DNA of 58,381 nucleotides, filler included, from Sphacelaria rigidula (GCA_964200075.2; 5 parts of 5 records of this genome joined end to end with filler, not necessarily neighbours in it), one strand, 5' to 3'. Counted from the first letter of the whole stretch, positions 26,230 to 38,651 are shown. Notes: generated by a model not told the origin, from the letters alone. Made by a program: numbers and translations.

Positions 26230-29200
26230 AATGATACAAAGCTCTGAGAGGGCTCATCGAGCTGCGAGGCCAGATACTGCTGGAGGAGACCCTCGCTGGA
26301 AGTCCTCTTGTCCAGATCGTCTGGCAGAGGCTATAATATCTAGATAATTCTCGGCCCTCTGTTGGAAGGCCTGGAGAAACTGGAGAAAGGATCGAAGCTG
26401 TACGGTTTTTCGGATTCTAGTTGAAGCTGCGGAAAGCAGTTGGTTCCCACACGGAAGACAGCTTACAGCGCACAGCGTTTGGAGGGACACACTCCGCTTG
26501 AGGGACGCTCAAGTAAGGCAAGAGTCTATCCGTGATTTTTGAGTCATACAGAACATGGGTCAAGCGGCAACAACGCCGCTGGTCTGGGATAAACCTCTGG
26601 AAACGCCAAAGTATGGCGAGCGCAAGCAACAGGAACAGCTGCCGACTTCGCGAGCGTTGTTTACTCGCCTATGTTACAATTGTAGAGATCATCGACATAT
26701 TTTAAGACGTTGCCCCAAGCCTCGCGCTAAAGGCGCCGCGCAAGGAAATGCGCGAGATTCGTCAGGATCTCGAGGCGGTCGTCATGGCGGACGAGGTCGG
26801 AGCAACCAGAGATACGGGTGCAGAGGCAGGGGCCAAAAACGAAGTCAAGCGACGGAGAATTGTAATTCCGCCGCTATGTATCCTCAAGTGCGTTCTCAAG
26901 TGATGACTCTAGATCTCTGGGTTCGTCTGTGTCGGGGCGGCTAACATATGTGGGAGGAGGTAATACTTCGGTGGGGAGTGCTGGAGCGAAAGGCTCGCAA
27001 CCCATAGGCCCGGCAGGATTCGTCGTGTCTGATGTATATTCCACTGTTGCGACGAATGTAATAGCACCGATGTCAAGTGCTGGAGGGCTGCCTTGGCGTC
27101 AAGTGACTCTAGGTACTAACCAGAGTTTTTCTTCGGCAAGTGTGGTGCCCGTCGACCGTAGCGCAGAATGCTTGCGCGCCGATCTATCTATACCCGGTTC
27201 TGTTGGTTCATTTATGGCTCGCGTTTTTCCCGACTCTGGATCAGCACTCACATCAATAAGTGTGCGGGGTTGCTACAACAGATGTCTTCACAGTTTGGAT
27301 ACACCCAGCCACAGCCACCATCTGAAAATGGACCGCAAATGGTACAGAGCGCCACGGGTGCGCCCGTGACTGTTTCTCATAAAACGGTGCCTATTGCTGT
27401 GAGCGTGCGAATGCCGTGGGGGGCTGTGGAGATGTAGCCAATCACTTTCGCGGTCATACCTGGCAACGATGACGTGGTGTTGTTTGGCATGGCGACTATG
27501 AAGGAACTCGGGGTAGATTTGTATCCGCTGGCTTTGGAAAAGTTACGCCCGCGTGCTGTGCCGGTGCAGACCGGGGTGAACAACCCCAGTCATCTTTTGG
27601 CTAGGCGGGTGACCGTCCCTGTGCGGTCGTTTCAGAGTGGCAGCAAGAAGGATACAGGTGAAAAGGAAGAGGAAGCTCCTGAGAATGGAGCCGTACAGCC
27701 TATGAGGGTGCAGCCCTAGTCACAGGCGACGGCTGCGAAGGCCCATCCCCATTGCAACGATCCGGTGAAGGCCGGGTGACTAGCTTCGTGCATTGCAGTT
27801 TCGGTGGCGTTTGGGTTACTATACTGCAGTTTGCAGTCAAGCTTGGAGAGAGCGGTGATGGAAATGCCGGAAAATTTCTGCTCCTGACGGGTGAGCGAAT
27901 CCAAGGTGGGGGCGCACATTCCCCCTCCCCACGAGGATATGGTGCATGGTGGGGATAAGGTGCATGGTATTCACCCGGAGGAATTGATGAAATTCAATTT
28001 CCTCAGCGATGGAGCGAGTGGTCAACCGGAAAATGGTGGGTTGGACGACGGAGATCCGATCGAAGATAATTTGGTGATCAAAGACGATATGAGCAACTTG
28101 TGTGGTTGGAGCCTGCGGAGTCTGGTGTGGAGGCGAAGAAGGTGGAGCATTTTCTGACATGGCACAAAGCAAAAGCGATGGGGTCACCGGAGGTATGGGT
28201 CGGCAACACGGGATGGCATGTGAAGAATTGTGCGGTGAGAGCTTTTAATAAGGCGCTGATGGATCGTAGATTTCGGATGGTCAATTCGCCGTTGTCCCAT
28301 CGTAAATGTAAGCGAATGATGCGTGGTATTGCTCATATGATGTCAGGTCAGGTGCTTAATGAGGACGGTATGGTGCCCTCGAGAGCTGTTCTCATGCGGG
28401 ACTGTATGGTTGTTCCCGTTCCACCTCTCGTTTCGCCGAAAAAAGCGACTGAAACAGGAGAAATCGTCGATGCGCAAGCTTCTGTGGAGGCAGAGTATTT
28501 GTCGCATTGGTATGGCAGTAAGGATATGCTGTTTGGTTCCATGCTGAGATGCACCATGGGGGTGCTAAATGTGGCTGCTAGGAGCTACCGTATCAGAGGA
28601 ATTGTTGCTCTATGGTGTGCAGAAGGTAGTAGTTCCAGTGCTGCTACTTCGCAGGAGCGGACTGGAAGCCTACAAAGCGGGGATCACCTGAGATGAGTGA
28701 TATGGTGGTGACCGCCGGATTGAATGTTGTTGAGGAGCAAGTACTTGTGAGGATACTTATTGAGCATGATGAGGTCACACATGATGAAGGGTATTTCCGA
28801 AGCGTTTTCTGACGATTAAAGGTTGTTATAGTGTGCTTTTTGGGTCATATTTTTGTTGCTGTTCGCGCATCAAGCATGGCAGTAGAGCGGGTGTGCTCGG
28901 GTTGCGTTCGCTGGAAAATGCCGGCGTACGCGTGGGATTTGATATGCGTGTGTTGTGCTGCTCCGCATAGCATGCATGATGCATGGTTTGTGCAAGACGG
29001 GTTGCATTGCAGGTCCTGGGTCAAATATTGCCATGCATGTACGACTTTTCGTATGCTGAGTGGGATCTTGGCATGCATTTGCGAAATTTTCGCTCGAATA
29101 CTACGAATGTGCATGGTGTCTGATGACCGTCAGGTTGAGGCAGTTGACAAAATACTGCTGAATGATAAAAAAAATGAAGCTCGTATAATCGTGTTCGCGC

Positions 29201-29830
29201 AGGAACACAGTGGAATTATCTTGTGCGGTTTTTTCACGCACTGCCTGTAGGAGGTGGTGATTGCTGCTGTTAGCATGAAAATGAAAAACTACGAAATGCG
29301 TCGGCTCGTACTGACTGCAGGAGACGATGACTGCTGCTGATGACGTGGAAATGAGCTGAAGCTACGAAATACGCAGGCTCGTTGTCTGTAAGCAGAGATC
29401 ACACGGGTTTTCGTGTGTTTGACGATCAAAGAAATTATGCACGTATGGAAAAGTGATCCTTGCCCGTGGCACGTTTTTGGCGATACTGTTCAAGGTACTG
29501 CGCCAGGTGAGGTTGTTCAACTTGATTTGTGTACGTCCGAACTAGCAAACTTGACGGTACTAACTGCCTGATGGTTTGCTATACGTTTGTTATCCCGGAT
29601 GATTTGTCGAATTTCGTTTGGTTGGAACCAACCGAGGCTTGCACTGCCGAGGTTACGGTCAAGTATTTGTTGCAATGGTGCAAGACTTTGGGGGTGCGGC
29701 GTGTGTGGATCAGTGATACCGCCACGCACTTCAAGAACCAAGTACAAGAATTGCGCAGCAGAGCGACGCGCTGGAGGTGTAACACCCATTTGATGTTGCC
29801 TATACCCATTGGTCGAATGGTTCTGAAGCA
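26230..29830 (+). mobile_element. Degenerate Ty3/Gypsy-like LTR retrotransposon internal region (gag, protease, integrase fragments)
   Basis: CCHC knuckle CYNCRDHRHILRRC (26672-26713); aspartic protease VFPDSGSALTSIS (~27232) and DDVVLFGMATMKELG; integrase core remnants at ~28040-28330 and ~29490-29830 (DDLSNFVWLEPTEACTAEVTVKYLLQWCKTLGVRRVWISDTATHFKNQV). Many stops and frameshifts; no RT and no LTR pair seen. Confidence 0.8.
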
Positions 29831-30171
29831 ATGGTCATGTTATTGTTTTGATCATTTGAGATTGGTTCAGTGCTGAAAACAGTACGTAGAAGTCTCTTCG
29901 GAAGACAACTTTTTCTGCACCTGAGTTTGTTGCGCGGGAATTGCGTAAACTGAGGTTGACTCGGGCGCTGACAAGTGAATTAGCGTCGGAGTATGGCATT
30001 TCTTTGTGATTTGGAGCATGTGAATTCGCCTTGTGGTTTTTGTTGGTTGTCAAGCTCGTTCGTTTGTCTTGAACTCGCTTTTGGCGGCACTTTGGTGTCA
30101 CCGCCGATGAACCTGAGCGACATCCACGAGTATTTCGGAAACCAAAAACACTTCCTCGGATACGAGAACTC

Positions 30172-32297
30172 ATGCACATGATTGAGTACGGAGTACCAAT
30201 GAAGACATCGTCCCGCGATCCCGATCTTCGAGGAGCGCTGAAATACGGTAATCACCGCAGTATTGAAGAACATATGCCTCAAGTCTGGGAGAAGTTGGTA
30301 GAGGATATACGAAGGAACAGATGCCCGGTGTATGAAAAGGGGGCGGCGCTCGAAATCAGCGGCCTCAGAGTGGCCCCGCTTGGGGCAATAGTAACTAGCA
30401 AAGTCAGGATTATCAACGATCTTTCGTTTGATCCCAGCGTACCGAAGGGAGAAAAAGGCGACCTCAACCGGGACACGATTGTGGATGAGGTGCCGCAATG
30501 CCTCTGCGGAGAGGCACTGCCAAAGCTACTGAATGAACCCCTGAAGTTACGTGTCAAGTTTCCGGATAGCAGAACCCTGCTGTCAAAGGCGGACGTCTCG
30601 AATGCATTCAGAAATGTCAGGATCGCGCCCGACCAGGCGCAAAACTGCTGCTAAGTGGTGAACGACGTTATAGTAGCAGACTTTTGGCTCACGTTCATAC
30701 CCTGGACAATAGAATACACAGTCAAAAAGTGTACTACGCGCAGTACACGGGTGGCCACTGGGGTTCCTGTAACCTTCAATTTGGACGTTACAGGCGTTGC
30801 ACAAGGTCTGTAGCGTTCAAATTTGAGGTTACAGGAACCCCAGTGGCAACCCGTGTATTGACTATTGCACCTATTGTAATAGACAATATATTCCATACTG
30901 TACGCAGTACATTTTTTTACAATAAAATCTCATTTTCAGGGTGTGCTCACGTTTGGATGGACGGGATTCCCCGGTTCCTGGGGACTCTTATTACAGGCTG
31001 CTGAACACGCACACTGCAATACCACACTACTCGACGCCATAATACTGGACGAAGGTAGAGAGATGATGAAACACGTGACCATAGTCGATCCCTGGGAAGG
31101 AGGGACACCTACAAAGGTCCCGCCCGACGCTGCTATTCCCCCAGCAAACGGGGGGGGACTGCACGACCCCTTTTTCGTTAGCGTGTATGTTGACGACTAT
31201 ATCCTAGCAAGGGTACAGCACGGCGCGCAAGATAAATCGGCGCTAGCCGCGTCAGCTTCGCTAGCCTCAGATCAAATAAAACTGTTCGGTCCCGGAGAGC
31301 CAGGCGAGATACCCATCCTCGCACCTGAACAAAAAGTACAAACTGGGACACCAGTGCAGACGCGTGGGGATTCACGATCGACACACACACCATGAGAATA
31401 GCGGTCACTCGAGAAAAGGTCGAAGCTATAAAAGAATCGCTGGAGCGCGACTGGCCCGCGGACAAGACACGTTCGACCGCACAAGACGTACATAGCATAG
31501 CTGGAAAACTCTGGAACCTCACCTTTGTTGTAAGACCCGGAAAATACTTCGTATGGCAACTACTACGCCTCACCGACCTACACTTAGCTGCAAAAAAGAA
31601 TCGTGAAGTGAGACCAGCAGTGAACCTTGGCTGGGAGTTTCACGAGGATATCGCCTTTTGGAAATGGGCTATTGCGGAGAACCTGGTGCAACGCAGTGAA
31701 TCGCTTAGCGCCCCGCTCTTTGCCCACACAAAACGCACCGCATCTCGTAGATACATCTCCGACGCAAGCCTGGCAGCGGTAGGAGGGTACTGCCCAGAGC
31801 TCGGGTTATTCTGGCGATACTCGCCACCACATGAGCTCACACGCGAACTGAAGAGAAAAGCAAAAAATAGAGAAACTTGTGCGATCACTATCAATCTACT
31901 AGAACTGTGTGGAATGTTCATGACCGCCTGCGCTATCCAGATGTTTAAGGGCGAAAGGCCCACACAGAGAGGGGAACCAATCCTGATGCGCGGCGACAAC
32001 TCGTCGGCTATGCACTGGGTAAATAAATGCGGGGGATCAAAAGACAGACGCGCCGACCTCCTGATGCGAATGATGGGTCGCATGGAAGTCGCCACCGGTT
32101 CGTGTACTATAGCGAAACACGTACCTGGCGTCGAAAACGAGCTAGCAGACGGCATCTCGAGATGGCCGGAGTCGGAGGTGGCCGAGAGGGTAGCACGGTT
32201 GTCAGGGAATCTCAATTGGAAGCGGCAAGATCTACGAAATCGAGGCAAAGAGATACTCGAATTGATCCTGCAAGAAAAACCCTGGACCACAGCCTAG
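30172..32297 (+). pseudogene. Reverse transcriptase-RNase H of the YR retrotransposon (disrupted)
   Basis: RT motifs KVRIINDLS, SKADVSNAFRNV, LTFGWTGFPG and VYVDD. RNase H motifs ISDASLAAVGG, INLLELCG, GDNSSA and HVPGVENELADGISR. Disrupted by TAA at 30652-30654, the MITE at 30696-30945 and a frameshift near 31330. Confidence 0.9.
30696..30945. mobile_element. hAT-like MITE (250 bp) inserted in the RT
   Basis: Perfect 8-bp TSD CTCACGTT (30688-30695 and 30946-30953); TIRs CATACCCTGGA / TTCAGGGTGTG; internal inverted repeat ~30742-30860. Removing it restores the RT frame DFWLTFGWTG. Confidence 0.9.
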
Positions 32298-32349
32298 ACT
32301 AACAGATCTGGAACATAATGCCCCGACAAGCAGACTGAACCCGCGCTGA

Positions 32350-33432
32350 ACTCGTGATACCATTGCAGGACAAAGAGACGAGAAGGGCGTTGAAAAGCTA
32401 GGAGAAATACTAGCCCACGCGTCAATCAACGCCAGCACAAGAAGCGTGTACGAGAAAAAGTTCGAAACGTGTTCCGAGTGGAGGGCCTGCCGAGAAAAGC
32501 CCGTATATATGTCAAGGACCGACGGTGAGGCTAGCTCGGTCATCGATATCACTGAATTCGTTGCGTGGCGGCTTTTTACCCACAGAAACCAGAGGGGGAC
32601 AGTGCGGGGGTATTTGTCAGCGATAAGTTTTATCCCCAAGATGCATACTGGTTGGGAGCTACCTATGAAACACTGTATGATTGCAGCCGTGCTCAAGGGA
32701 GTGGATCAAGCACACGGAAAATCCGAAGTAAGGCCCCGCGTGCGAAAACCGCTGACGCTATCGCTGTTGGTAGAAGGGAGAATGTTAGAGATGGATACGA
32801 CACAGAGCCGAGTCACATGGATAGGCCTAGCCCTATCGTATTTTCTTCTATGCAGGGCCTCCGAAATCTGGGCATACAACAATAGTTAAGTACATCCAGG
32901 CTTTTGCCTCCGGAGGGGAGACCGTACCTTTTTCAGAGAAAACTCCCAACTGATGTGGTCAGACAGGGGCATGGCCGCTAGGATCAAGGTGCGTTTTAGA
33001 GCCTCCAAGGCGGACCAAAAACGCCTAGGGGCGGTTGTATCTCGAACAAGAGTAGGGGGAAGCGCGCGGGGCGCCGAAAGATCTGAAAACACAGGGGCGC
33101 TAGAGCTCCTACTCGAGCAGCTGGACTACCACTCAGAGCTGGGGGCAGAAGCTCCACTGATGCAGACCGTAGGTAAGACCGAATGGGTAGCAGTCACTCG
33201 GGCACGCGCGACGAGCGCGCTTAGGCAATTAATTTCCGGTACAGGGAGGAACCCGACCGAGTACTCGCTGCGCGCCGGTAGGATCGGGGGAGCAACACAT
33301 CTAGCGGCGCAGGGATCGTCGCAACTGCAGATTCAGAGGGCGGGGAGGTGGAAATCGCTGACCTTCATGACGTACGTAAGAACGGGGGGCGAAGGAGCGA
33401 AATTCATATCGCAGGCACTCGCTGGGGTGTAA
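32350..33432 (+). pseudogene. Tyrosine recombinase of the YR retrotransposon (in-frame stop)
   Basis: Motifs FLLCRASEI (catalytic R), FRASKADQ (K), YSLRAGRIGGAT (HxxR box with His apparently replaced by Arg) and GRWKSLTFMTYVR (W and catalytic Y). In-frame TAA at 32887-32889. Confidence 0.9.
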
Positions 33433-34339
33433 AGTACAAACAAAGAAGAGGAAAAAATGAAATTGAAGTGAATAAAAATAGGAGAAGGAAAGAGGGAACA
33501 GATCGGGCCGCCCAGTGGGGTAAGAGTGACGTACTACCGCAAGGGCGGGCCAATATTAAGCACAGTAGTCTCGGGTTAGCCCGATAGTTTCCCAACTGCG
33601 ATAACGTGTTTTTCGTCTCGCAGTTTTGTTTGTGCTAGTTTTCAGTTTTTTCTACATCCCAAATAATCCATATCTCTTGAGCCAAAAGCAAATGAACAAT
33701 TATGCCGAGGTCTGTTGTCGGCACCTCATTATTCGTGTCAACCATTTTTTCCGATCATCTGGTAAACAGCCCTCCCCAAGGCACTGGTGCTTCACGTGTC
33801 CAGCTGCAGATTCTCACCTTTTTCCTGAACTTATGACGGTCTTGGAAAGGCGAGCCTACGTCTGTGATCACGGGTTCGCGAGATCGGATTAATGTGCGGA
33901 AAAAATAATATGAAATTATCTTGTTTTTGCTGAAATTTCAAATGCCTATAATTTTTTTTTTGGGGGGGGGGCACTATACAAAAAGGGTACACCCCGATGC
34001 TTTTGGAACAAAAAAGGGTAACGCTTTTTTCGCTCTGGGGCGCGGCGCTGCACGCTGGCTGAACACCTCAAAAACACGTTCCAGCACCTCAGCCCCACGC
34101 CCAAGGTGCCTGGGCAGCATAACCGTCCATTTTTTTCATTTCCACAAGTGTTACTGGGCTGAACTACGGCGCCGAAAATGAGAGCCTGTGAGGGTACCCT
34201 TTTTGTAAGCAAACCGGGAGGGTACACCCTGCCCTCTGCTAAAACGTTATATGTACCCTTTTTTGCTTTCTTGTTTACCCTGTTTTGCGAAGTGATGACC
34301 TTTTTTTGTGAAGTGGTGACCGCACCGCCGTCTCAGCAC

Positions 34340-34860
34340 AAGTTACGCCGAGCAGTCACAACCATAGTCATTTTCGATTAAATTATACCCCACCAAAAAA
34401 AGCCGAAACCCAACGACCAGAAGAGTGTAGCCCCCCTGTTGGTCGGTCCGAAGACCCGGAAGATCCAACGATGCATACAGGTCGCTTGTGTGCCGGGGCT
34501 CACAAAGATCCAACGAACATGGGTGAACACCTTGCCGACACACCAGCCCGAACGGCATCGTGCGGAGACAGCATCAGACCGTTGCCGGATCTGCAATTTG
34601 CGGCTCGGAAATGGAGATGGACACCGACCGGATTCCGTATTGAAGCAAGAACGCGTAGAGCGAACGGCGCAGACTGTACAATCGGGTGTCTTCCTCCGAT
34701 CGTTGCTGTTGCGCCTGGGAGACCATTGTTGGATCTTCTGGGTCTTCGGACCGACCAACAGGTGGGCTACACTCTTCTGGTCGTTGGGTTTCGGCTTTTT
34801 TTGGTGGGGTATAATTTAATCGAAAATGGCTACGATGGTTGTGACTGCTCGGCGTAACTT
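34340..34860. mobile_element. Foldback element/MITE with ~130-bp near-perfect TIRs
   Basis: 34340-~34472 is the reverse complement of ~34724-34860 (AAGTTACGCCGAGCAGTCACAACC...GGTTGTGACTGCTCGGCGTAACTT) with few mismatches. No clean TSD seen. Confidence 0.85.
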
Positions 34861-35548
34861 ATAGCAGGGAATTCAATAAAATGAGGTTGATCAATGAAAT
34901 GAGGTTTGAGGAGGCTAGCCAGTATGCGACAAAAACCCGAGGGAAGTACCGTCCGCAAGTGCCTTCGATCGATACCGGGGAGGAGGGGGGGNNNNNNNNN
35001 NNNNNNNNNNNNNNNNNNNNNNNNNNNNNNNNNNNTTAATTAATTAANNNNNNNNNNNNNNNNNNNNNNNNNNNNNNNNNNNNNNNNNNNNACGATTGAT
35101 GAAGTCGATCAAAGGACACGGCTGAGCCGATCATGTTGTTGTAGAAGAGTAGTATTACATAGCTTGACGAAGCAAGTCAAGCAAGGAAAGAGAACGAAGA
35201 GAACGAAGTGACTGATAAGCTACCCCAACACCGTGACAAGCAAACATTGCGTACGTATGTACAAGACATACGCCTACTATGGTATCGAATCCCACCGCAT
35301 GTAACTGTCACAATCCATGAAGATCGATACCTCTGTTTAGCTTAGGGGCACAGGGCCTCTGTACCGTGGCTGATCAGTACTGTAGGCTACACCGAAAAGG
35401 CTGTTCACCTCAACAGGGCGAAGATTATACAGCGGCACCGCTTGCGCCACCAAATCTTGCGCAGCACATCATGACCGCACACGATCCTCCGTCCAAGCGT
35501 CCTCCTGGATGATACGATTACGCGCCACCCGCCTGGTCCGACGCGAAG

Positions 35549-35702
35549 CCCCGACCATCAGTGTTGGAAATCGGATATCGATACTCGATACGATTTCGAT
35601 AATATCGGTCGATACGGCGTATCGGTATCGCCGCTTCCCGAGCAAATATTTGTCGATACGTATCAATCAACATCGATATCGGATATTGATATGGTCGATA
35701 TA
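35549..35702. mobile_element. Probable DNA-transposon end with reiterated TATCGAT/CGATA subterminal motifs
   Basis: Starts CAGTGTTGGAAAT, followed by many ATCG/CGAT motifs in both orientations. Partner TIR not found. Confidence 0.45.
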
Positions 35703-36259
35703 TATTTTTATTTTTTTCACCGGGGAGGTGGTAGACAGCACATCGTTCCACCGCCCATCACCCCACTGCCCACCACCCAGGCATCCACCGCACTCCACAC
35801 ACACCACACACCACACACCACACAGCCACTTGCTGCGAACCACACCGGTCTGCAACATGAGCCGACTTCAGACTTTCGGCGTTGTGATAGGCGGTAGCGC
35901 AGAGTCTGCGGTCGACGTTTCTGCCGAACCGTCTGTATCTGTGTCTGCTACGGTCGACGTTTCTGCCAAACCGGTTGTATCTGTATCTGCTACGGCTGCT
36001 GCTGCTGCACCAGTGGCCGCCCCAGTGCCCTCAACCAAGAGTGGAGAGAGCGGGCAAGCAGAGTTACCCGCGAAGATTTAGGTTTCTGGAGAGTATGCTT
36101 TGTTGTGTAGCCGACAATGGAAAAATTGGACCTATGCTGCCGCCTTATCCCTTGTTTGGTACAGTATGGAGAACAAAAAAAGCGAGCGCGCATTTGGATT
36201 CATCATTACAGGCTTGAACACGCACCCAGATACTTGTACAAGGATGTGGGGGTAAACCT

Positions 36260-36625
36260 CGTGTACAGAAAATACAGAATTGTCGGGTAAAGGAATAGGG
36301 GGGTCACAACAGTCACGGCACTATCGTGGACCGGTAGGAGAGTCTTCCACAAGTCACAGAACTATCGAGTGGGATTACGAAAGCGTTGCTGAACTCACAG
36401 ATCTATCGAGCAGGGGTATGCAAGTGTTACCGAGGTCATAGAGCTATCGAGTAGGGCAATGCAAGTCTTACAGAATTCGCGACAAATATCGGGTAGACCA
36501 ATGGAAGTCTTACATAATTCACGACAAATATCGGGTAGACCAATGAAAGTCTTACAGAAGCTACAGAACTTTCGGGTACCGGTACGAAGGTCTTGCAGAA
36601 GTCACCGAACTGTCGGATAGGGATA
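36260..36625. repeat. Degenerate minisatellite (ACAGAACT(A/G)TCG(G/A)GTA-like units, ~40-45 bp period)
   Basis: Repeated AAGTCTTACAGAA...ATCGGGTA units, with a near-exact pair at ~36464-36555. Confidence 0.65.
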
Positions 36626-38396
36626 ACATCCGTAAAGACACCCCGTGTATGCAACAAACCGGATCCCATATAAGAGGGTTGGACACCATAATTCGATAAC
36701 CTGCACCCTGCTAGTTGATACCGATGGTGGCGCAGATGAAGGGGTCCCACTCGATCCATTACTCGTGTCTAGGAATCGTCCACTCCGACGGTCTGCGTTG
36801 CGTTCCATGTTCCGCTTCCCCCCTCAACTGTACCCCGCAACCCGTCGGTGTGCCAGACTTGAAAACATATTTCGAAGGGTGTATGGATTTGAATACAGGG
36901 GGTTTGATTGATGGAGGTTGGGGAACAAGTGCGAGTCATCAGAACAGAAGTAGGAATTGAATCAAAATGCCTACCTCTCCCGGACATAAACCCGAACTCT
37001 GCCTGCATCGGATACACGCACAAGAGTATACGTTGGACCCGGGTTGGGGGTATGGGAGGCTTACAGACCTTACAGGGTGGTCGATCTTACTAAACTGGCG
37101 GGTACCGGTAAGAAACGTTTTACGAAACTGTTGGGTACCAGCTTGGAAGTTTTACACGGTTGACAGGATTGAGCAAAGCACAGCAGCAGCCATTCGCCCC
37201 GGTGAAGACGCGGGATTTTCTCCCCACACCATGCCCAACAGCTCTAGATTGGCTTCAACCATAAATCGGATGACAACATACACAGCTTATTGACGGCACA
37301 TATGGAAATAGAATATGTTGTTATCAGTTCTGTACAGGATCAAAATCACAGTGTTCGAAATGGACGAAAAGTAGAAAAATGGAGGGAAAGCAGAGGCATC
37401 AGCAGCATGCAGTAAATTTTGTTTCAGTGGAGAGAGATGAAACGTTTATACTGTCTCTTGCCGTTGTTCGCAGTGAAGAAATGCAGCGCACATACATACC
37501 GACTCTGCACGCAATTGACTGCAGGGTCAAAATCGGTCAGCGGCTCTCCTGGACTATTTCTATGTAGATGACTAATATCCACATGTTCATGAAAATGTTT
37601 TTTTTGCGTAGCGGGAGAAGAGCAGTTCCAAACCTCAATCGTGGCATAGTTCAGCTCAATCCACCTGCGGGGGTGTCGCTGTCTAAGTGATAGCCCTTAC
37701 ACCGCGATGCGCATAGTCCACCTGGATCGCCCACACTTTTTTCAAGTGAGTTTGATGCCGATCCAGAACGTGACCTACCCTAAGTTCTCTTAACACCGAG
37801 GATGGAACAAACGAGAGATGAAACAAAGTCTAAAAACAGAGTAGACGCGCTTTGTCTAGATCATCAATGTCGGGACCATTATCATAAGAGAAGAGCGCAA
37901 CACGTCTGAGAAGAGGCGAGAGTAGACCGAGAAGAGGCGAGACAGGAAGGACGGGAGAGAGACCAATACAGACAGCGATGACAACAGTAAAAGCGAGCTT
38001 ATTGCGGATATGACTACAGCTTCGACCCTGCAGCCAATTGGATGCAGAGTCGGTATGTATGAGCTGTATTTCTTCACTGGGAACAACGGCAAGATACAGT
38101 ATAAACGTGCCATCGCTCTCCACTGAAACACAATTTACTGCATGCTGCTGATGCCTCTGCCTAGAACTAAAACAAGAGCGCTACAGAAGGTGTGAAGCTG
38201 TGCTGGCAGCACATGAGGGTTCAGGAAGTGTCGACCCTTACACCGCGATGCGGGTAGTCCACCTGTATCACGCACACTTTTTTCAAGTAAGTTTGATATC
38301 AATTCACCACGTGATCTACCCTAACGTTCTCTAAACACCGAAGATGGAACAAACTAGAGATGAAACGAAACCCGCACCTATTACATGATACAAGAA

Positions 38397-38651
38397 CGAC
38401 ACTTTCTACGATAGCCCACCCCAACAAAATCCATGGTTTTGGGAGGCAAAATCTTCCCGTAAATCGAAATGGGAAAAGTCGAGCACAACGAGAAGCTGAG
38501 AATTCCCACGCTTGGGTTCGTTCTAGCCAATGTTGCCAATATGAGGCGCTTCATGCAGTCTGAACCCGAACATCAGGCGCTGTATGGCCATTGTTTTCGT
38601 GACACTTTTAGCTGGTTTGGGGGGGGGGGGGGGCTATCGTAGAAAGTATCG
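38397..38651. mobile_element. MITE with 21-bp TIRs (CGACACTTTCTACGATAGCCC)
   Basis: Left TIR at 38397 and right TIR GGGCTATCGTAGAAAGTATCG ending 38651 (one mismatch). Second copy at the window start. Confidence 0.8.

Larger units (their letters stand above)
30090..33600 (+). mobile_element. DIRS/Ngaro-type tyrosine-recombinase retrotransposon (RT-RNase H-YR), 5'-truncated and inactivated
   Basis: RT, RNase H and YR coding regions in order on one strand; no gag found; boundaries approximate. Confidence 0.9.

Noticed and set aside
31640..32290. 216-aa minus-strand ORF
   Set aside because: Antisense shadow of the RNase H region.
29838..33655. Possible LTR (TG...CA) split by the YR element
   Set aside because: No second LTR copy and no matching TSD could be found.
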